Source: Actinomycetota bacterium
GTDB lineage: Bacteria; Actinomycetota; Actinomycetes; JAKEEW01
DNA length: 61,603 nucleotides
Reading direction: 5' to 3'
NCBI GenBank assembly: GCA_046725875.1
Contig: JBKOZJ010000030.1
Location: 1-61,603, forward strand
Both the position numbers and the translations under genes were made by a program. Positions 48,333 to 58,029 of this stretch are shown here, in pieces; the stretch's first letter is position 1; every line of letters begins with the position of its first letter. The notes under the pieces are model-generated. The model was not told the DNA's origin and did not search any database. It saw only the letters and a list, made by a program, of their open reading frames with translations.

Positions 48333-49481
48333 ATGCAACACCAACCGCCGTTGCGGATTGCTGTCGTGGCACCGTCGTTCTTCGAGGTACCGCCTGAGGG
48401 CTATGGCGGGATCGAGCTCATGCTCGCCCAGTTGACCGATGGGCTCGTCGAACGTGGTCATGACGTCACCCTGTTGGGAGCGGGACGTGACCGGACGGGC
48501 GCAGACTTCGTTGCGACCTACCGCGAACCGCAGTCCGATCGGCTTGGCGATCCACTGCCAGAGATCTTGCATTCGGCGCTCGTGGGACGCACCCTCGAGC
48601 GCCTGGAAGTCGATATCGTCCATGATCACACCTTGGCCGGTCCGCTCATGGCTCCCGGTCGGCGGGCACCGACCGTGGTCACGGCGCATGGGCCCATGGG
48701 CACCGAGTGGGGCGAGTATCTCCGAGCGATCAGCGCGTGGGTCGGCCTGGTCGCCATCTCAGATTCGCAACGCCGGCTTTCGCCCGACCTGCCCTGGCGG
48801 GCGACCGTGCACAACGCCGTTGATCCAGACGACTTGATGTACGCGGATCAGAAGGACGACTATGTCCTCTTCCTGGGACGCATGTGCGCAGAGAAGGCTC
48901 CGCAGCTGGCAATCGACGCCAGCCGGACCGCGGGCCGGCGGCTTCTCTTGGCCGGCAAGTGCGCAGAACCCGCAGAGGAAGAGTTCTTCGCCGAGCACAT
49001 CCAGCGACGGCTCGGCCCCGACGTCGAGTGGATCGGCGAGATCGGCGGAGACGAGAAGCGCGAATTGCTGGCGAATGCCCAAGCCTTGCTGTTCCCGATC
49101 CAATGGGACGAGCCGTTCGGAATCGTCGTGATCGAGGCTATGGGCTCGGGTACCCCGGTCGTCGCGCTGGGACGAGGCGCGGTGCCCGAGCTCGTTGTGG
49201 ACGGCGTGACGGGCTTCGTCCGAGATGAGCCAGCCGAACTCGCCGATGCCCTACGGGAGGTCGGTCGGCTCGATCCGGCGGACTGCCGTCGTCACGTGGT
49301 CGAGAACTTCACCCCGGAGCGCATGGTGGAGGGCTACGAGCGCGTCTTCACCGAGATCATCCTGCGGCGCCGCTCCGGTCGGGCAAAGGCTGAACCCGCT
49401 CCCGCGGTCACCCTTCCGGTGGCGGAAGATCTGCTCCCAACGGCAGGCAGCGCTCAGACCGATAGTGATCAGTCACCCTGA
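48333..49481 (+). CDS. GT4 glycosyltransferase
   Basis: PPEGYGGIE, GRMCAEK, EPFGIVVIEAM. Confidence 0.93.
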   Translation: MQHQPPLRIAVVAPSFFEVPPEGYGGIELMLAQLTDGLVERGHDVTLLGAGRDRTGADFVATYREPQSDRLGDPLPEILHSALVGRTLERLEVDIVHDHTLAGPLMAPGRRAPTVVTAHGPMGTEWGEYLRAISAWVGLVAISDSQRRLSPDLPWRATVHNAVDPDDLMYADQKDDYVLFLGRMCAEKAPQLAIDASRTAGRRLLLAGKCAEPAEEEFFAEHIQRRLGPDVEWIGEIGGDEKRELLANAQALLFPIQWDEPFGIVVIEAMGSGTPVVALGRGAVPELVVDGVTGFVRDEPAELADALREVGRLDPADCRRHVVENFTPERMVEGYERVFTEIILRRRSGRAKAEPAPAVTLPVAEDLLPTAGSAQTDSDQSP

Positions 49482-49552
49482 CCGACCCGCCACCTTCGCA
49501 CCGCTAGGGCGGTCATGCGGGACGCGTGGTCGTCCTCACTGCCGCGCTTTGC

Positions 49553-49777
49553 TCACCTGCGCCTGCTCAGGTACAGAGGGAAGAACACGATCCACAGCAG
49601 CAGGCAGCCAAGGAGCCATGCAGCGGGCGTATCGATATCGAAAGTTCCAAACGAGAAGACGGCGGGAGTGCCGCGTTCATCTTGGGCTTTCGCGTCCCCG
49701 TAGACCCAGACGTCTGTTGCAAGAACTGCGAGCAGAACCAAGATCGGCCCTAGGGCGCTCAAAGGTAGTGCTGACAT
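49553..49777 (-). CDS. Small 2-TM membrane protein
   Basis: DVWVYGDAK...WLLGCLLLWIVFFPLYLSRR pattern. Confidence 0.65.
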   Translation of the reverse strand: MSALPLSALGPILVLLAVLATDVWVYGDAKAQDERGTPAVFSFGTFDIDTPAAWLLGCLLLWIVFFPLYLSRRR

Positions 49778-49996
49778 TCCCGAACCGCCTATTGCCACAC
49801 GCTTAGGAAGGCAGCGTCGCAAGGAAGCTCCGCATGATGGTCCATTACCTGCGGAACGGACGGCTCAGCCGGCGCGTTCCAGGCCTTTCACATGAGCGCA
49901 ATGCACGATCCCGCGGACGGTGGCTTGACGGATCAGGTTGCGCTCGGGTCATGGCCTGGAGGGCATGGCAAGAGCCTGAGAAGGCGGATTGGCTGG

Positions 49997-50506
49997 CTAC
50001 GTCGGGAGCGCCTTATCAGGTCGCCGGATACGTCTGCCGGTGATGTGGCTTGGGATGATCCGAACAAAGTGCTCTCTTCGCCCGCCGGGCCAAGGCTCGA
50101 CTCCGGAGCGTACTACCGCAGCTCGCTCGGCCTCAGAATCCACATGGTGGGCCGCACCCTGGATGAGAACACTCCATCCTTCCCGCGCGGCCAGGTCGAT
50201 CTGGTCGATTTCGAAGGCCACCTTGAATTCGGCGCCGGCTATGCCGGTGCGCAGATCCTCGCCCATCGGGCTGTCCTGCGCCGTGCGGAACACGATGGTT
50301 CCCTCATGCAGCTGGTAGTTGACCGGAAGGACCGCAACCCCGAACCTGTTGGCGAAGGCGATCCGGCCCACGCCGCCGGGCGAAATCAGCCGGAGGCACT
50401 CGGCCTCGTCAAGCTTTTCCAGCAGTCGTTCTTGGGTACCTGCGTCCCGTTCGGGCTCTGCGTTGACCGAGCTTGACTGCTTATTGTCGCTCGTGCGATC
50501 AACCAT
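49997..50506 (-). CDS. Pyridoxamine 5'-phosphate oxidase-like flavin-binding protein
   Basis: ECLRLI...VGRIAF...PVNY...FRT...VAFEID...GWSV...ITGRR. Confidence 0.9.
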   Translation of the reverse strand: MVDRTSDNKQSSSVNAEPERDAGTQERLLEKLDEAECLRLISPGGVGRIAFANRFGVAVLPVNYQLHEGTIVFRTAQDSPMGEDLRTGIAGAEFKVAFEIDQIDLAAREGWSVLIQGAAHHVDSEAERAAVVRSGVEPWPGGRREHFVRIIPSHITGRRIRRPDKALPT

Positions 50507-50649
50507 CCGGGATCCCTTAGTGATCAGGCGGGCCTCGAGCTTTCCAGCTCATCTCAGCGTAGTGACGCCGACACCGCCGAGCCGGGCGCCCTGGCCGTAC
50601 GATGTCATTGGCCCGGTGGAGACGTCATCCATCTGCAGGGAACGGTGGC

Positions 50650-50823
50650 GTGGAGCACCACACGACAGTCCATGAGGTGGGCGAGGGTGCCGTACAGGCG
50701 GTGTGCTCGTGTGGCTGGCGCAGCGCGGTGTTCGGCGCGGACAAGGGGACCGGGACCATGGACCCGCTCCAGCAGGCGGTGGACGCCGGCGACCTGCACG
50801 AGTGGGATGCGTCGATCCCGTAG
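50650..50823 (+). CDS. Small hypothetical protein with HH...CxC...H motif
   Basis: MEHHTTVHEVGEGAVQAVCSCGWRS...DLHEWD; good codon bias; directly upstream of PIMT. Confidence 0.55.
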   Translation: MEHHTTVHEVGEGAVQAVCSCGWRSAVFGADKGTGTMDPLQQAVDAGDLHEWDASIP

Positions 50824-50882
50824 GTCTAGAGGTGCGCGACCCCACCCGCCGTGCTGGCTGCGGGCACGGTGTTGAGGCGACG

Positions 50883-51524
50883 ATGACGGGCGCTCCGTCT
50901 CTCGAGGATCTGTTGAGTGCAGTCCGGGCGACCGGCGTTGTCGACGAACGGGTCATCGAGGCAATTCGCCGGACGCCCCGGGCTGAGTTTGTCCCCGCCA
51001 GGCACGCTCGGATCGCCTACTGCGACGAGCCCGTGGCCATTGCGCATGGACAGGTGACCACCCAGCCGTCGTTGTCCGCGAGGATGCTCGAAAGCCTTGA
51101 GCTCGCCGGGCATGAACACGTGCTGGAGGTAGGTACCGGCTTGGGCTTCCAGACCGCGCTGCTGGCGAGACTCGCGGCGACGGTGGTCAGCATCGAGCGC
51201 TGGCCGGACCTGGTTGAGCAGGCGGGCCGCAGCCTCGCCAAGCTCGCAATTGCGAACGTCGATCTGCGCATCGGTGACGGCAGCGGCGGCGTGCCCGATC
51301 GCGCCCCTTATGACGCCATCATTGTCTCGGCTGCCTTCCCCAAAGTTCCGGCGCCACTTGTTGAGCAGCTTCGACCGAACGGTCGTCTTGTACAACCGAT
51401 CGGTCCGGGCGGATACGAGGAGGTCGTGCTGTTCCAGCGCTCGGGCCACGGGCTAGAGAGTCGTCAGATCCTCACCCCCGCCCGGTTCGTACGCCTTTAC
51501 GGACGCTACGGGTTTCCAGCCTGA
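50883..51524 (+). CDS. pcm: Protein-L-isoaspartate O-methyltransferase
   Basis: PRAEFVP, GQVTTQP, VLEVGTGLG, APYDAI, QLRPNGRLV.PIG, RFVRL. Confidence 0.9.
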   Translation: MTGAPSLEDLLSAVRATGVVDERVIEAIRRTPRAEFVPARHARIAYCDEPVAIAHGQVTTQPSLSARMLESLELAGHEHVLEVGTGLGFQTALLARLAATVVSIERWPDLVEQAGRSLAKLAIANVDLRIGDGSGGVPDRAPYDAIIVSAAFPKVPAPLVEQLRPNGRLVQPIGPGGYEEVVLFQRSGHGLESRQILTPARFVRLYGRYGFPA

Positions 51525-51527
51525 CTC

Positions 51528-51880
51528 TCACAGGGCCTGGAGCACCGCGGCCGGGTCCCGCCGAAGGGTGTTCCGCGTTGATAGCTCGGTAGCACCGAGG
51601 CCGAGGACCGTAGCACCGGCGAGGATGCCAGCGATCACCTCCCAGGGCAGGTAGGGGATGGTGGAGTGGGCAATGGCGAGGCTGAACGAAACACTCCGAG
51701 CGGGTCGACTCGCGCCGGGTCGGCGGACAGCCGTTCGGCGAGCGCGTCGGTGACGAGGACCGTCCCCTGCCATGCGCCTGCCTGGGGCGGGCGGGCGAGG
51801 CCGACGATGGCGTAGTCGCTCGTGCCATCGGTCGAGGTGATACGCAGCTTGGTCCCGACGGCAACGTCGCTTCGAGCCCG
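51528..51880 (-). pseudogene. FtsX-like ABC permease remnant
   Basis: VAVGTKLRITSTDGTSDYAIVGL...VLVTDALAERLSADPARVD is joined out of frame to the terminal TM PWEVIAGILAGATVLGLGATELSTRNTLRRDP. Confidence 0.55.
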
Positions 51881-52123
51881 GAGCGAAAAGTGGCTTGGTC
51901 AGCGGTTCGGCGACCATCGCCAACGATTCGTTATCTATCGCGACCGAGTCATTCACCAATTGGTAACCAAGGCGCGAGATGGTTACCGGGGCGTCAACGG
52001 AAGTTCTCCGTATGCGCACTTGAGCAGTCGGCCCATTCCCGGGATGCGCGGTGCTCCTTCGTAGGACCCGTATGGAGCCGGTGTCTCAGGCTGAGAACTC
52101 CCCCCGGCGACGAGAGAGGGCGG

Positions 52124-53350
52124 ATGACTATGAGGTTGTTACGGCTGTGTTCGGTCTTTCAGTCACCTCCGACGGCGCTGACTGGGCGGGCGGCACGATT
52201 TGACCCGATCGGTGGAATGCAGACCCACGCGTACGAGCTGAGCCGGTCGCTTGATGTGCTTGGCGTCCAGCAGACCATCGTGACGACGAGACCACCGACA
52301 GCACCAAGGGAGGAGGCTCTCGGCGCTTACGGAAGAGTGATCAGGCTCGGCTTGCCGATCCGGCAGTGCCGGCAGTTCTATAGCTGGCAGGCGGCGGGGT
52401 TATTGCCCCGCCTTGCCGCGGACAGCGATGTGATCCACGCTCATCTTGGTGAAGACCTGGCTATTGTGCCGCTTGCACTCCGTGCCGCCCGCCGGTACGA
52501 GCGACCGTTTGTCCTGACCATTCACACGAGCGTGCGGCATACCCTCGCCGTGACAAATGCTCGTTCGGCCGTGCTGAAGCTGCTCGGTGGCCGGCTCGAG
52601 CGCCGCGGCGAGCAGGCGGCGCATGCGATCATTACGTTGGTTCCGCGGATGGCTGCGCTCATCCAGGCGGACGGCGTCGCGACGCCGATCCACGTCGTGC
52701 CATCCGGTGTTGCGCCCGGCTCGCTCCCGGACGATGCGGGGGCTACCGGCGATCCGTTAGCACCGATAACGCGGCCACGGGTGATTTTTGTCGGACGGCT
52801 GCACCCACAGAAGCATGTCGATGTGCTTGTGCGAGCGGCCGCGCGGATGCCTGGAGTCTCCGTGGTGCTGCTTGGAGACGGACCCGATCGGGCCCGTTTG
52901 GAACGCCTCACGCGCCGCCTCGGCCTAACCGAGCGCGTTCACTTCCTCGGCTTCGTACCCCATGAACAAGTCGCTGCGCGCTTGCCGGCAGCGGATGCCC
53001 AGGCGCTGCCGTCCAGATATGAGGAACTCGGCACGGCGCTGCTCGAGGGGATGCAGGCGGGCTTGCCGATCGTCGCGTCGGACACGGGTGGGATCCCGCA
53101 GGTCATCGAGCACGGCCGAACCGGCCTGCTCGTGCCTCCAGGTGATCCCGAGGCGCTTGCCGCCGCGCTGACCAGGGTTCTTCGCGATCCGGCGCTGGCC
53201 ACGCGGCTCGGAACAGCCGCGTCGCACGAAGCCGCCAAATACCACTGGAACCGGTTGGCCCGACGCGTCCTCGGCGTGTACGAGACGGTGCTCTCCGAAA
53301 GCATCGAACCGAGCCAGGCGCTGCCGGCGAACGAGGCACCGCTCGCATAG
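52124..53350 (+). CDS. GT4 glycosyltransferase resembling 2-deoxystreptamine glycosyltransferases (NeoD/KanF type)
   Basis: N-terminus MRLLRLC...FDPIGGMQ...LSRSL...GVQQ; GRLHPQK, EELGTALLEGM. Confidence 0.85.
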   Translation: MTMRLLRLCSVFQSPPTALTGRAARFDPIGGMQTHAYELSRSLDVLGVQQTIVTTRPPTAPREEALGAYGRVIRLGLPIRQCRQFYSWQAAGLLPRLAADSDVIHAHLGEDLAIVPLALRAARRYERPFVLTIHTSVRHTLAVTNARSAVLKLLGGRLERRGEQAAHAIITLVPRMAALIQADGVATPIHVVPSGVAPGSLPDDAGATGDPLAPITRPRVIFVGRLHPQKHVDVLVRAAARMPGVSVVLLGDGPDRARLERLTRRLGLTERVHFLGFVPHEQVAARLPAADAQALPSRYEELGTALLEGMQAGLPIVASDTGGIPQVIEHGRTGLLVPPGDPEALAAALTRVLRDPALATRLGTAASHEAAKYHWNRLARRVLGVYETVLSESIEPSQALPANEAPLA

Positions 53351-53383
53351 CGCGCCACTGCGACGACCTTAGCGGCGTGGTAG

Positions 53384-54646
53384 CTACCGGAAGGCGGCGA
53401 CGGAGACGACCACGCCGGCCCAGTCGGGGTCGTCGACGACGGCCGACGGTACGTTCCTATCTGTTAGCCGCTTGACGAGGTCATCTGGCGCGCTGGTCGG
53501 GACGAACGCGTAGACGCCGACCGGCGCGCTGGCCAGTGTCCACCGCGGCTCCAGCGCGGCCGCAAGCCGCTCGCGGCGCAACCGGTACTCGCGCCGGGCC
53601 CGCCGCAGATGACCGTCGAGCTCTCCGGAGGAGATCAGTTCGGCGACGGTCAGCTGGGTGGTGACCGTTCCACCGAGGTCCGTCCGCTGGCGCAGGGCGC
53701 GCAGCCGTTCGATGACGTCGGGCGGGGCGACGACCCACCCCAGCCGCAGTGCCGGGGCGAGCAGCTTCGAGAGGGAACCGATCAGGATTACCCCGTCGGG
53801 TGCGAGTGCCTGCATGGCCGCGGGCACCACACCAGGCTCGGCCAGATGAGAGTCGAAGTCGTCCTCCACCAACCAACGTCCAGCCGTCCGACAGGCATCG
53901 ACGACGGCCCGACGGCGCTCGGCCGGCATGATCGTTCCGGTTGGATACTGGTGGCCGGGAGTGATGAGGACGGTTGTGGCCTCCCCCGGAATCTCTCCAG
54001 GCACCATGCCCGCGGTATCGACCCGTACGGGCAAACACCCAACGACCTGGCCGAGGACGTGCCGTGTCCCGAGTGGTCCGGGTCGTTCCACGGCCCACGC
54101 CGGTGAGTCCAGGGCGTGGGCGAGCAACCACATGGCGTGCGACACGCCGTCCGTCACGTGGATGGCATCGGGCGTGGCCGACACCCCACGCGTTCGGGTC
54201 AGCCAGCTCGCGAGCGCCGCACGTAGCACAGGATGTCCGGACGCGTCGGGATAGCCGAGGTCACGCGTCGAGATGCCGCCCAGTGCTACACGCGAGGCCG
54301 CCGCCCACGCACGATGGGGGAACAGGTTGGCGTCTGGCACACCGGGCGACGGGGGTGGGGCCGCAGAGGTTGGAGCAGCGAGCGCCGGTGGCCGAAGACC
54401 CGGTGTGCGGGCGACCGTCGGACGCTGACGGGCCGCCTGCCGCAGAAAACCTTCATCGGTCAGCTGCGTATAGACGGCATCGACCGTTCCGCGGGAAACC
54501 CCGACCGCCGCGGCCAGATCGCGGGCGCCTGGCAGCGACATTCCCGCCCCGAGCACACCGGTATGGATAGCTTCCACCAGGTTCCTGCGCAGCCAGGCGC
54601 CCTTGCCCGCCGGCGGGGTGGAATCCCACTGCTCGACCAGGTTCAT
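53384..54646 (-). CDS. MocR/GabR-family (GntR + PLP domain) regulator
   Basis: LPGARDLAAAVGVSRGTV HTH, TPGHQYPTG, EDDFD, GSLSK (PLP Lys) and LRLG. Confidence 0.92.
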   Translation of the reverse strand: MNLVEQWDSTPPAGKGAWLRRNLVEAIHTGVLGAGMSLPGARDLAAAVGVSRGTVDAVYTQLTDEGFLRQAARQRPTVARTPGLRPPALAAPTSAAPPPSPGVPDANLFPHRAWAAASRVALGGISTRDLGYPDASGHPVLRAALASWLTRTRGVSATPDAIHVTDGVSHAMWLLAHALDSPAWAVERPGPLGTRHVLGQVVGCLPVRVDTAGMVPGEIPGEATTVLITPGHQYPTGTIMPAERRRAVVDACRTAGRWLVEDDFDSHLAEPGVVPAAMQALAPDGVILIGSLSKLLAPALRLGWVVAPPDVIERLRALRQRTDLGGTVTTQLTVAELISSGELDGHLRRARREYRLRRERLAAALEPRWTLASAPVGVYAFVPTSAPDDLVKRLTDRNVPSAVVDDPDWAGVVVSVAAFR

Positions 54647-54663
54647 CGCCGCCTGAGAAGCCA

Positions 54664-54708
54664 CTGGCCTAGTCAAGCATTGCTGAGCTGGCTCTGTCAC
54701 TAGGCCAG
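54664..54708. promoter_or_regulatory. MocR operator candidate (10-bp inverted repeat)
   Basis: CTGGCCTAGT (54664) / ACTAGGCCAG (54699), with a third CTGGCT half-site at 54688. Confidence 0.65.
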
Positions 54709-54730
54709 CGAGCCGACGAGAGTCGACGAC

Positions 54731-55630
54731 GTGACCGAGCTCGCCATCCGCCGTCGCTCGCCCCAAGCGGCGGCGCTGTCATCCGCGCGGCGAGGCGCGC
54801 TCACGTGCACCGCCGGGATGGTCCTGGTCGGCGCGTCCGTCGCGATGTCGCCGGCTCTTGTCGACTATCCCGTGCTGGCCGGGCAGGCGTGGCGGTACCT
54901 CGTTGCGGCTGTCACACTGCTCGGCGTCCTTGCCGCACGCGACGGTCGCCTGCCTCGGCTGGCGCGACGAGAGTGGGCCCGGCTGATCGTTCTCGCCGCG
55001 ACCGGCCTCGCCGCCTTCAACTGGTTCGTCATCGAGGGCGCCAGGCGCGCCGACCCCGCGTTCCTGGTCGCCGTCGTCGGTGCGGTTCCGATCAGTCTGG
55101 CCGTGGTCGGCCCGATCCTGAACCGGACATCGGCGCGTCCGCTGACCGCCACGGGAGCCGTCGTCGTGGGGGTTGGCATCGTCGTCGTGTCGGGCGCGAC
55201 GTCCGCGCCGCTCGCCGCGGTGCCCTATGCCGCGGGGATTCTGCTGTGCGAGGTTCTGTTCACGCTCCTCGCCGTACCACTGCTTAATAAGATCACACCG
55301 CTCCAGCTATCCGCATCCGTGTGCCTTGTCGCCGTTCCGATGCTCGCCTCCGCGGCCCTGCTCGAGCCAGGCTCGATGATGCAGCTGCCGACCCTCACCG
55401 AGGGTCTCGCCCTGCTCTACATGGCCCTGTTCACCACCGCCGTCGCGTTCCTGCTCTGGTACCACGGGGTCGTGCAGCTGGGAGCCGACCGGGCCGGACT
55501 CTTCGCCGGTGTGATGCCCGTCGCGGGGTACGCCGCCGGCCTGGTGCTCAGCACATCGGTCTGGTCACCTACCGCATTGACCGGCGTGCTGCTCTGCGGG
55601 CTCGGCATCACCCTCGGCATGCGCGCGTAG
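54731..55630 (+). CDS. EamA/DMT-family transporter
   Basis: Ten hydrophobic helices; TAVAFLLWYHGVVQLG...GVMPV. Confidence 0.9.
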   Translation: MTELAIRRRSPQAAALSSARRGALTCTAGMVLVGASVAMSPALVDYPVLAGQAWRYLVAAVTLLGVLAARDGRLPRLARREWARLIVLAATGLAAFNWFVIEGARRADPAFLVAVVGAVPISLAVVGPILNRTSARPLTATGAVVVGVGIVVVSGATSAPLAAVPYAAGILLCEVLFTLLAVPLLNKITPLQLSASVCLVAVPMLASAALLEPGSMMQLPTLTEGLALLYMALFTTAVAFLLWYHGVVQLGADRAGLFAGVMPVAGYAAGLVLSTSVWSPTALTGVLLCGLGITLGMRA

Positions 55631-55728
55631 AGCGACGCGACGATGCCGACAGCCACCACATCAGCCTGATCGCGAAACGAGACGATCGGCATAGCCGCCG
55701 CCAAGACCTCGCATGGAGGATCCACCTC

Positions 55729-56436
55729 ATGTGCTTCCAGCACTCACCCGAGATCTGGGCAGATCATCCGGACCTGGCCGCCGGTGTTGTCTATGCCACC
55801 GGAATCACCCCGGATGCTCCCGTGACCTCACGGGTTGCGAGCTTCACCGCCACCGCCGAAGGTCGGCTGGCGTCGAGCTCCGTGGCCGAGCTTCCCGAGA
55901 TACAGGCTTGGCGCCGAACCTTCGCGAGGATGGGGCTCAAACCCACCCAGTACCGCAGCGCCTCCGAGTCGCTGCTGCGTCGATTTGCGAAAGAGGGTGC
56001 GCTACCGCAGATCCATCCCCTGGTCGATCTCTGCAATGCGATATCGCTCGCCTTTGGCATCCCGATTGCCGCGTTCGATATCGCCAAGATCTCGCATAAC
56101 CTCGAGGTTCGATACGCGAGCGGCGAGGAGAGCTACCTAACCTTCGCCGGCGAAACGGAGAGCCCCGTCCCCCACGAAGTGATCTTTGCCGACGCCGCCG
56201 GGCGAGCGCATGCCCGGCGATGGACGAACCGGCAGAGTGGCTATTCCGCGGTACGCGACACGACGACCGACGTTCTGATGGTCGCGGAGGCGATGCACAG
56301 CTCGGCGCCGGCCGACATCTCGGAACTAACAGCCACGCTCGCCGACGAGGTGACGGACATTTGGTCGGGCCCGCGCAAGGCTGCGGTGCTGACCCCAACC
56401 TCGCCGCGCTTCGAGTTCCGGTCCCCTGATGACTAA
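55729..56436 (+). CDS. Stand-alone B3/B4 (PheRS-beta editing-like) domain protein
   Basis: AWRRTF...KPTQYRSASESLLRR...LPQIHPLVDLCNAISL...RRWTNRQS; GGAGG RBS. Confidence 0.92.
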   Translation: MCFQHSPEIWADHPDLAAGVVYATGITPDAPVTSRVASFTATAEGRLASSSVAELPEIQAWRRTFARMGLKPTQYRSASESLLRRFAKEGALPQIHPLVDLCNAISLAFGIPIAAFDIAKISHNLEVRYASGEESYLTFAGETESPVPHEVIFADAAGRAHARRWTNRQSGYSAVRDTTTDVLMVAEAMHSSAPADISELTATLADEVTDIWSGPRKAAVLTPTSPRFEFRSPDD

Positions 56437-56544
56437 CACGAAGCCGATCGGTCATGGTGACTGAAATCGGACGGCTCCAGCGACAGAAGGACACTCAAGA
56501 GAAGTGGCCTCAACCGCCACGCGGTCCACGGCGGCCTCGGCCAA

Positions 56545-57996
56545 TCACTGAACTTCGGCCGCGAGCGGCGCCACCGGCTCCGCGACGGAGACCTCACCGG
56601 GGCGGCGTCTTCCGGGCAGCGCGGTGCCCGCCGCTGCGCTCCCGAGCGCGAGGACGGCGGAGACGGCCATTGCCGCGCCGTACCCGTCGCTGAAATCGAG
56701 GGCCGAGGCATAGCCACCGGTTCCGGCGAAGACGGCGCCGAGGATCGCAACGCCGAACGCACCCCCGAGCTGTCGGATGGTGCTAAACGTGCCCGACGCC
56801 TTGCCGATGTCCTGCGGTGCGACAAGGCTCACGACGGACTTGGTGACGGCCGGCAGTGCCAGGGAGACGCCGATGCCGCCAACCGCCATCGGCCCCACCA
56901 TCTCGGCGTACGCGATCTCAGGTGCGGCAAGCACGCCGAGCAAGCCCATGCCGATGGCCATGAGGAGCGTGCCGACAACGATCAGCGGTCGCTCGCCGAT
57001 CCGATCGGCCAGCCGGCCGGCCCACGGAGCAATGAGGAACGGCGCGATGCCCCAGGGCAGCAGCCGCAGCCCGGCGTCCAGCGGTCCCTCGCCGCCGGCA
57101 ACCTGGTAGAACTGGGCGGTCAAGAAGACGGCTCCGGTCAGCGTCGCGTTGAGGAGGAAGATCGTGGCGTTCCCGGCCGAGAACGCGCGGGAGCGGAACA
57201 ACCGCATCGGCAGCATCGGAGCACGCGCGCGCAGCGCCCAGGCGACAAAGGCGACCCCGAGCAGCCCGCCGACGACCAGCGTGGACACGGTCTCGGCGCT
57301 TCCCCAGCCAACCGAGTTCCCTCGTGCCAGTGCCCACATGACGCCCAGCGCCGCCCCGGCGGCGAGCACCAAGCCGACCAGGTCCAATGCGGTGGCCGCC
57401 CCCCGGCTCTCCCGGATCCGCGCGAGCACGAACGGTATGGCTGCAAGCCCAATCGGCACGTTCAACCAGAAGATCCACTGCCAGGCCAGGCCCTGCGTGA
57501 TAGCGCCGCCGAGCACCGGGCCGAGGATGACCGCCAGCCCGGTGACGCTGCCATAGATACCGGTCGCCCAGCCGCGACGCTCGGGCGGGAAGGCGCCGTT
57601 CAGCAGCGCCAGAGCCAGCGGCATGATCATCGCCGCCCCGGCGCCCTGCACGGCACGGAAAGCAACGAGCGTGCCGGCATCGGTGGCCAGGGCGCACATC
57701 GCCGACGCCCCCGCGAACAGGCCCAATCCGGCGGCGAACATACGACGGCGCCCGTACCGGTCGCCCAGCGCTGCGCCGGTCATCAGCAACACCGCGAAGC
57801 TCAGCGTGTACGCGTTCACCGTCCACTCCAGCTCCTGCAGCGAAGCCCCAAGGTCGTGCTGGATGGCGGTCAGCGCGGTCGCCACCACGAGCAGGTCGAG
57901 CACCACCATGAACGACGCGAGGGCGCTCAGGCCGAGCACCCCGCGCTGGGCAGACGTCGCCTGCCAGGGCCTTTCGGCCGCCACCGTCCGTTTCAT
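56545..57996 (-). CDS. MFS drug-efflux transporter (DHA2)
   Basis: FMVVLDLLVV, GDRYGRRR, WQWIFWLNVP; start ATG 57996. Confidence 0.95.
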   Translation of the reverse strand: MKRTVAAERPWQATSAQRGVLGLSALASFMVVLDLLVVATALTAIQHDLGASLQELEWTVNAYTLSFAVLLMTGAALGDRYGRRRMFAAGLGLFAGASAMCALATDAGTLVAFRAVQGAGAAMIMPLALALLNGAFPPERRGWATGIYGSVTGLAVILGPVLGGAITQGLAWQWIFWLNVPIGLAAIPFVLARIRESRGAATALDLVGLVLAAGAALGVMWALARGNSVGWGSAETVSTLVVGGLLGVAFVAWALRARAPMLPMRLFRSRAFSAGNATIFLLNATLTGAVFLTAQFYQVAGGEGPLDAGLRLLPWGIAPFLIAPWAGRLADRIGERPLIVVGTLLMAIGMGLLGVLAAPEIAYAEMVGPMAVGGIGVSLALPAVTKSVVSLVAPQDIGKASGTFSTIRQLGGAFGVAILGAVFAGTGGYASALDFSDGYGAAMAVSAVLALGSAAAGTALPGRRRPGEVSVAEPVAPLAAEVQ

Positions 57997-58029
57997 GTCA
58001 TCTCCAGCTGGTGTCCGGGGTTTCCTTGG

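Noticed and set aside
50560..50620. DosR-like box upstream of the pyridoxamine-oxidase-like gene
   Set aside because: The match to the palindromic consensus is too weak.
2092..53350. APH + NeoD-like GT + Gfo/Idh/MocA as an aminoglycoside cluster
   Set aside because: The genes are scattered over 50 kb, core biosynthetic genes are absent, and the APH belongs to a broad family of unknown substrate.
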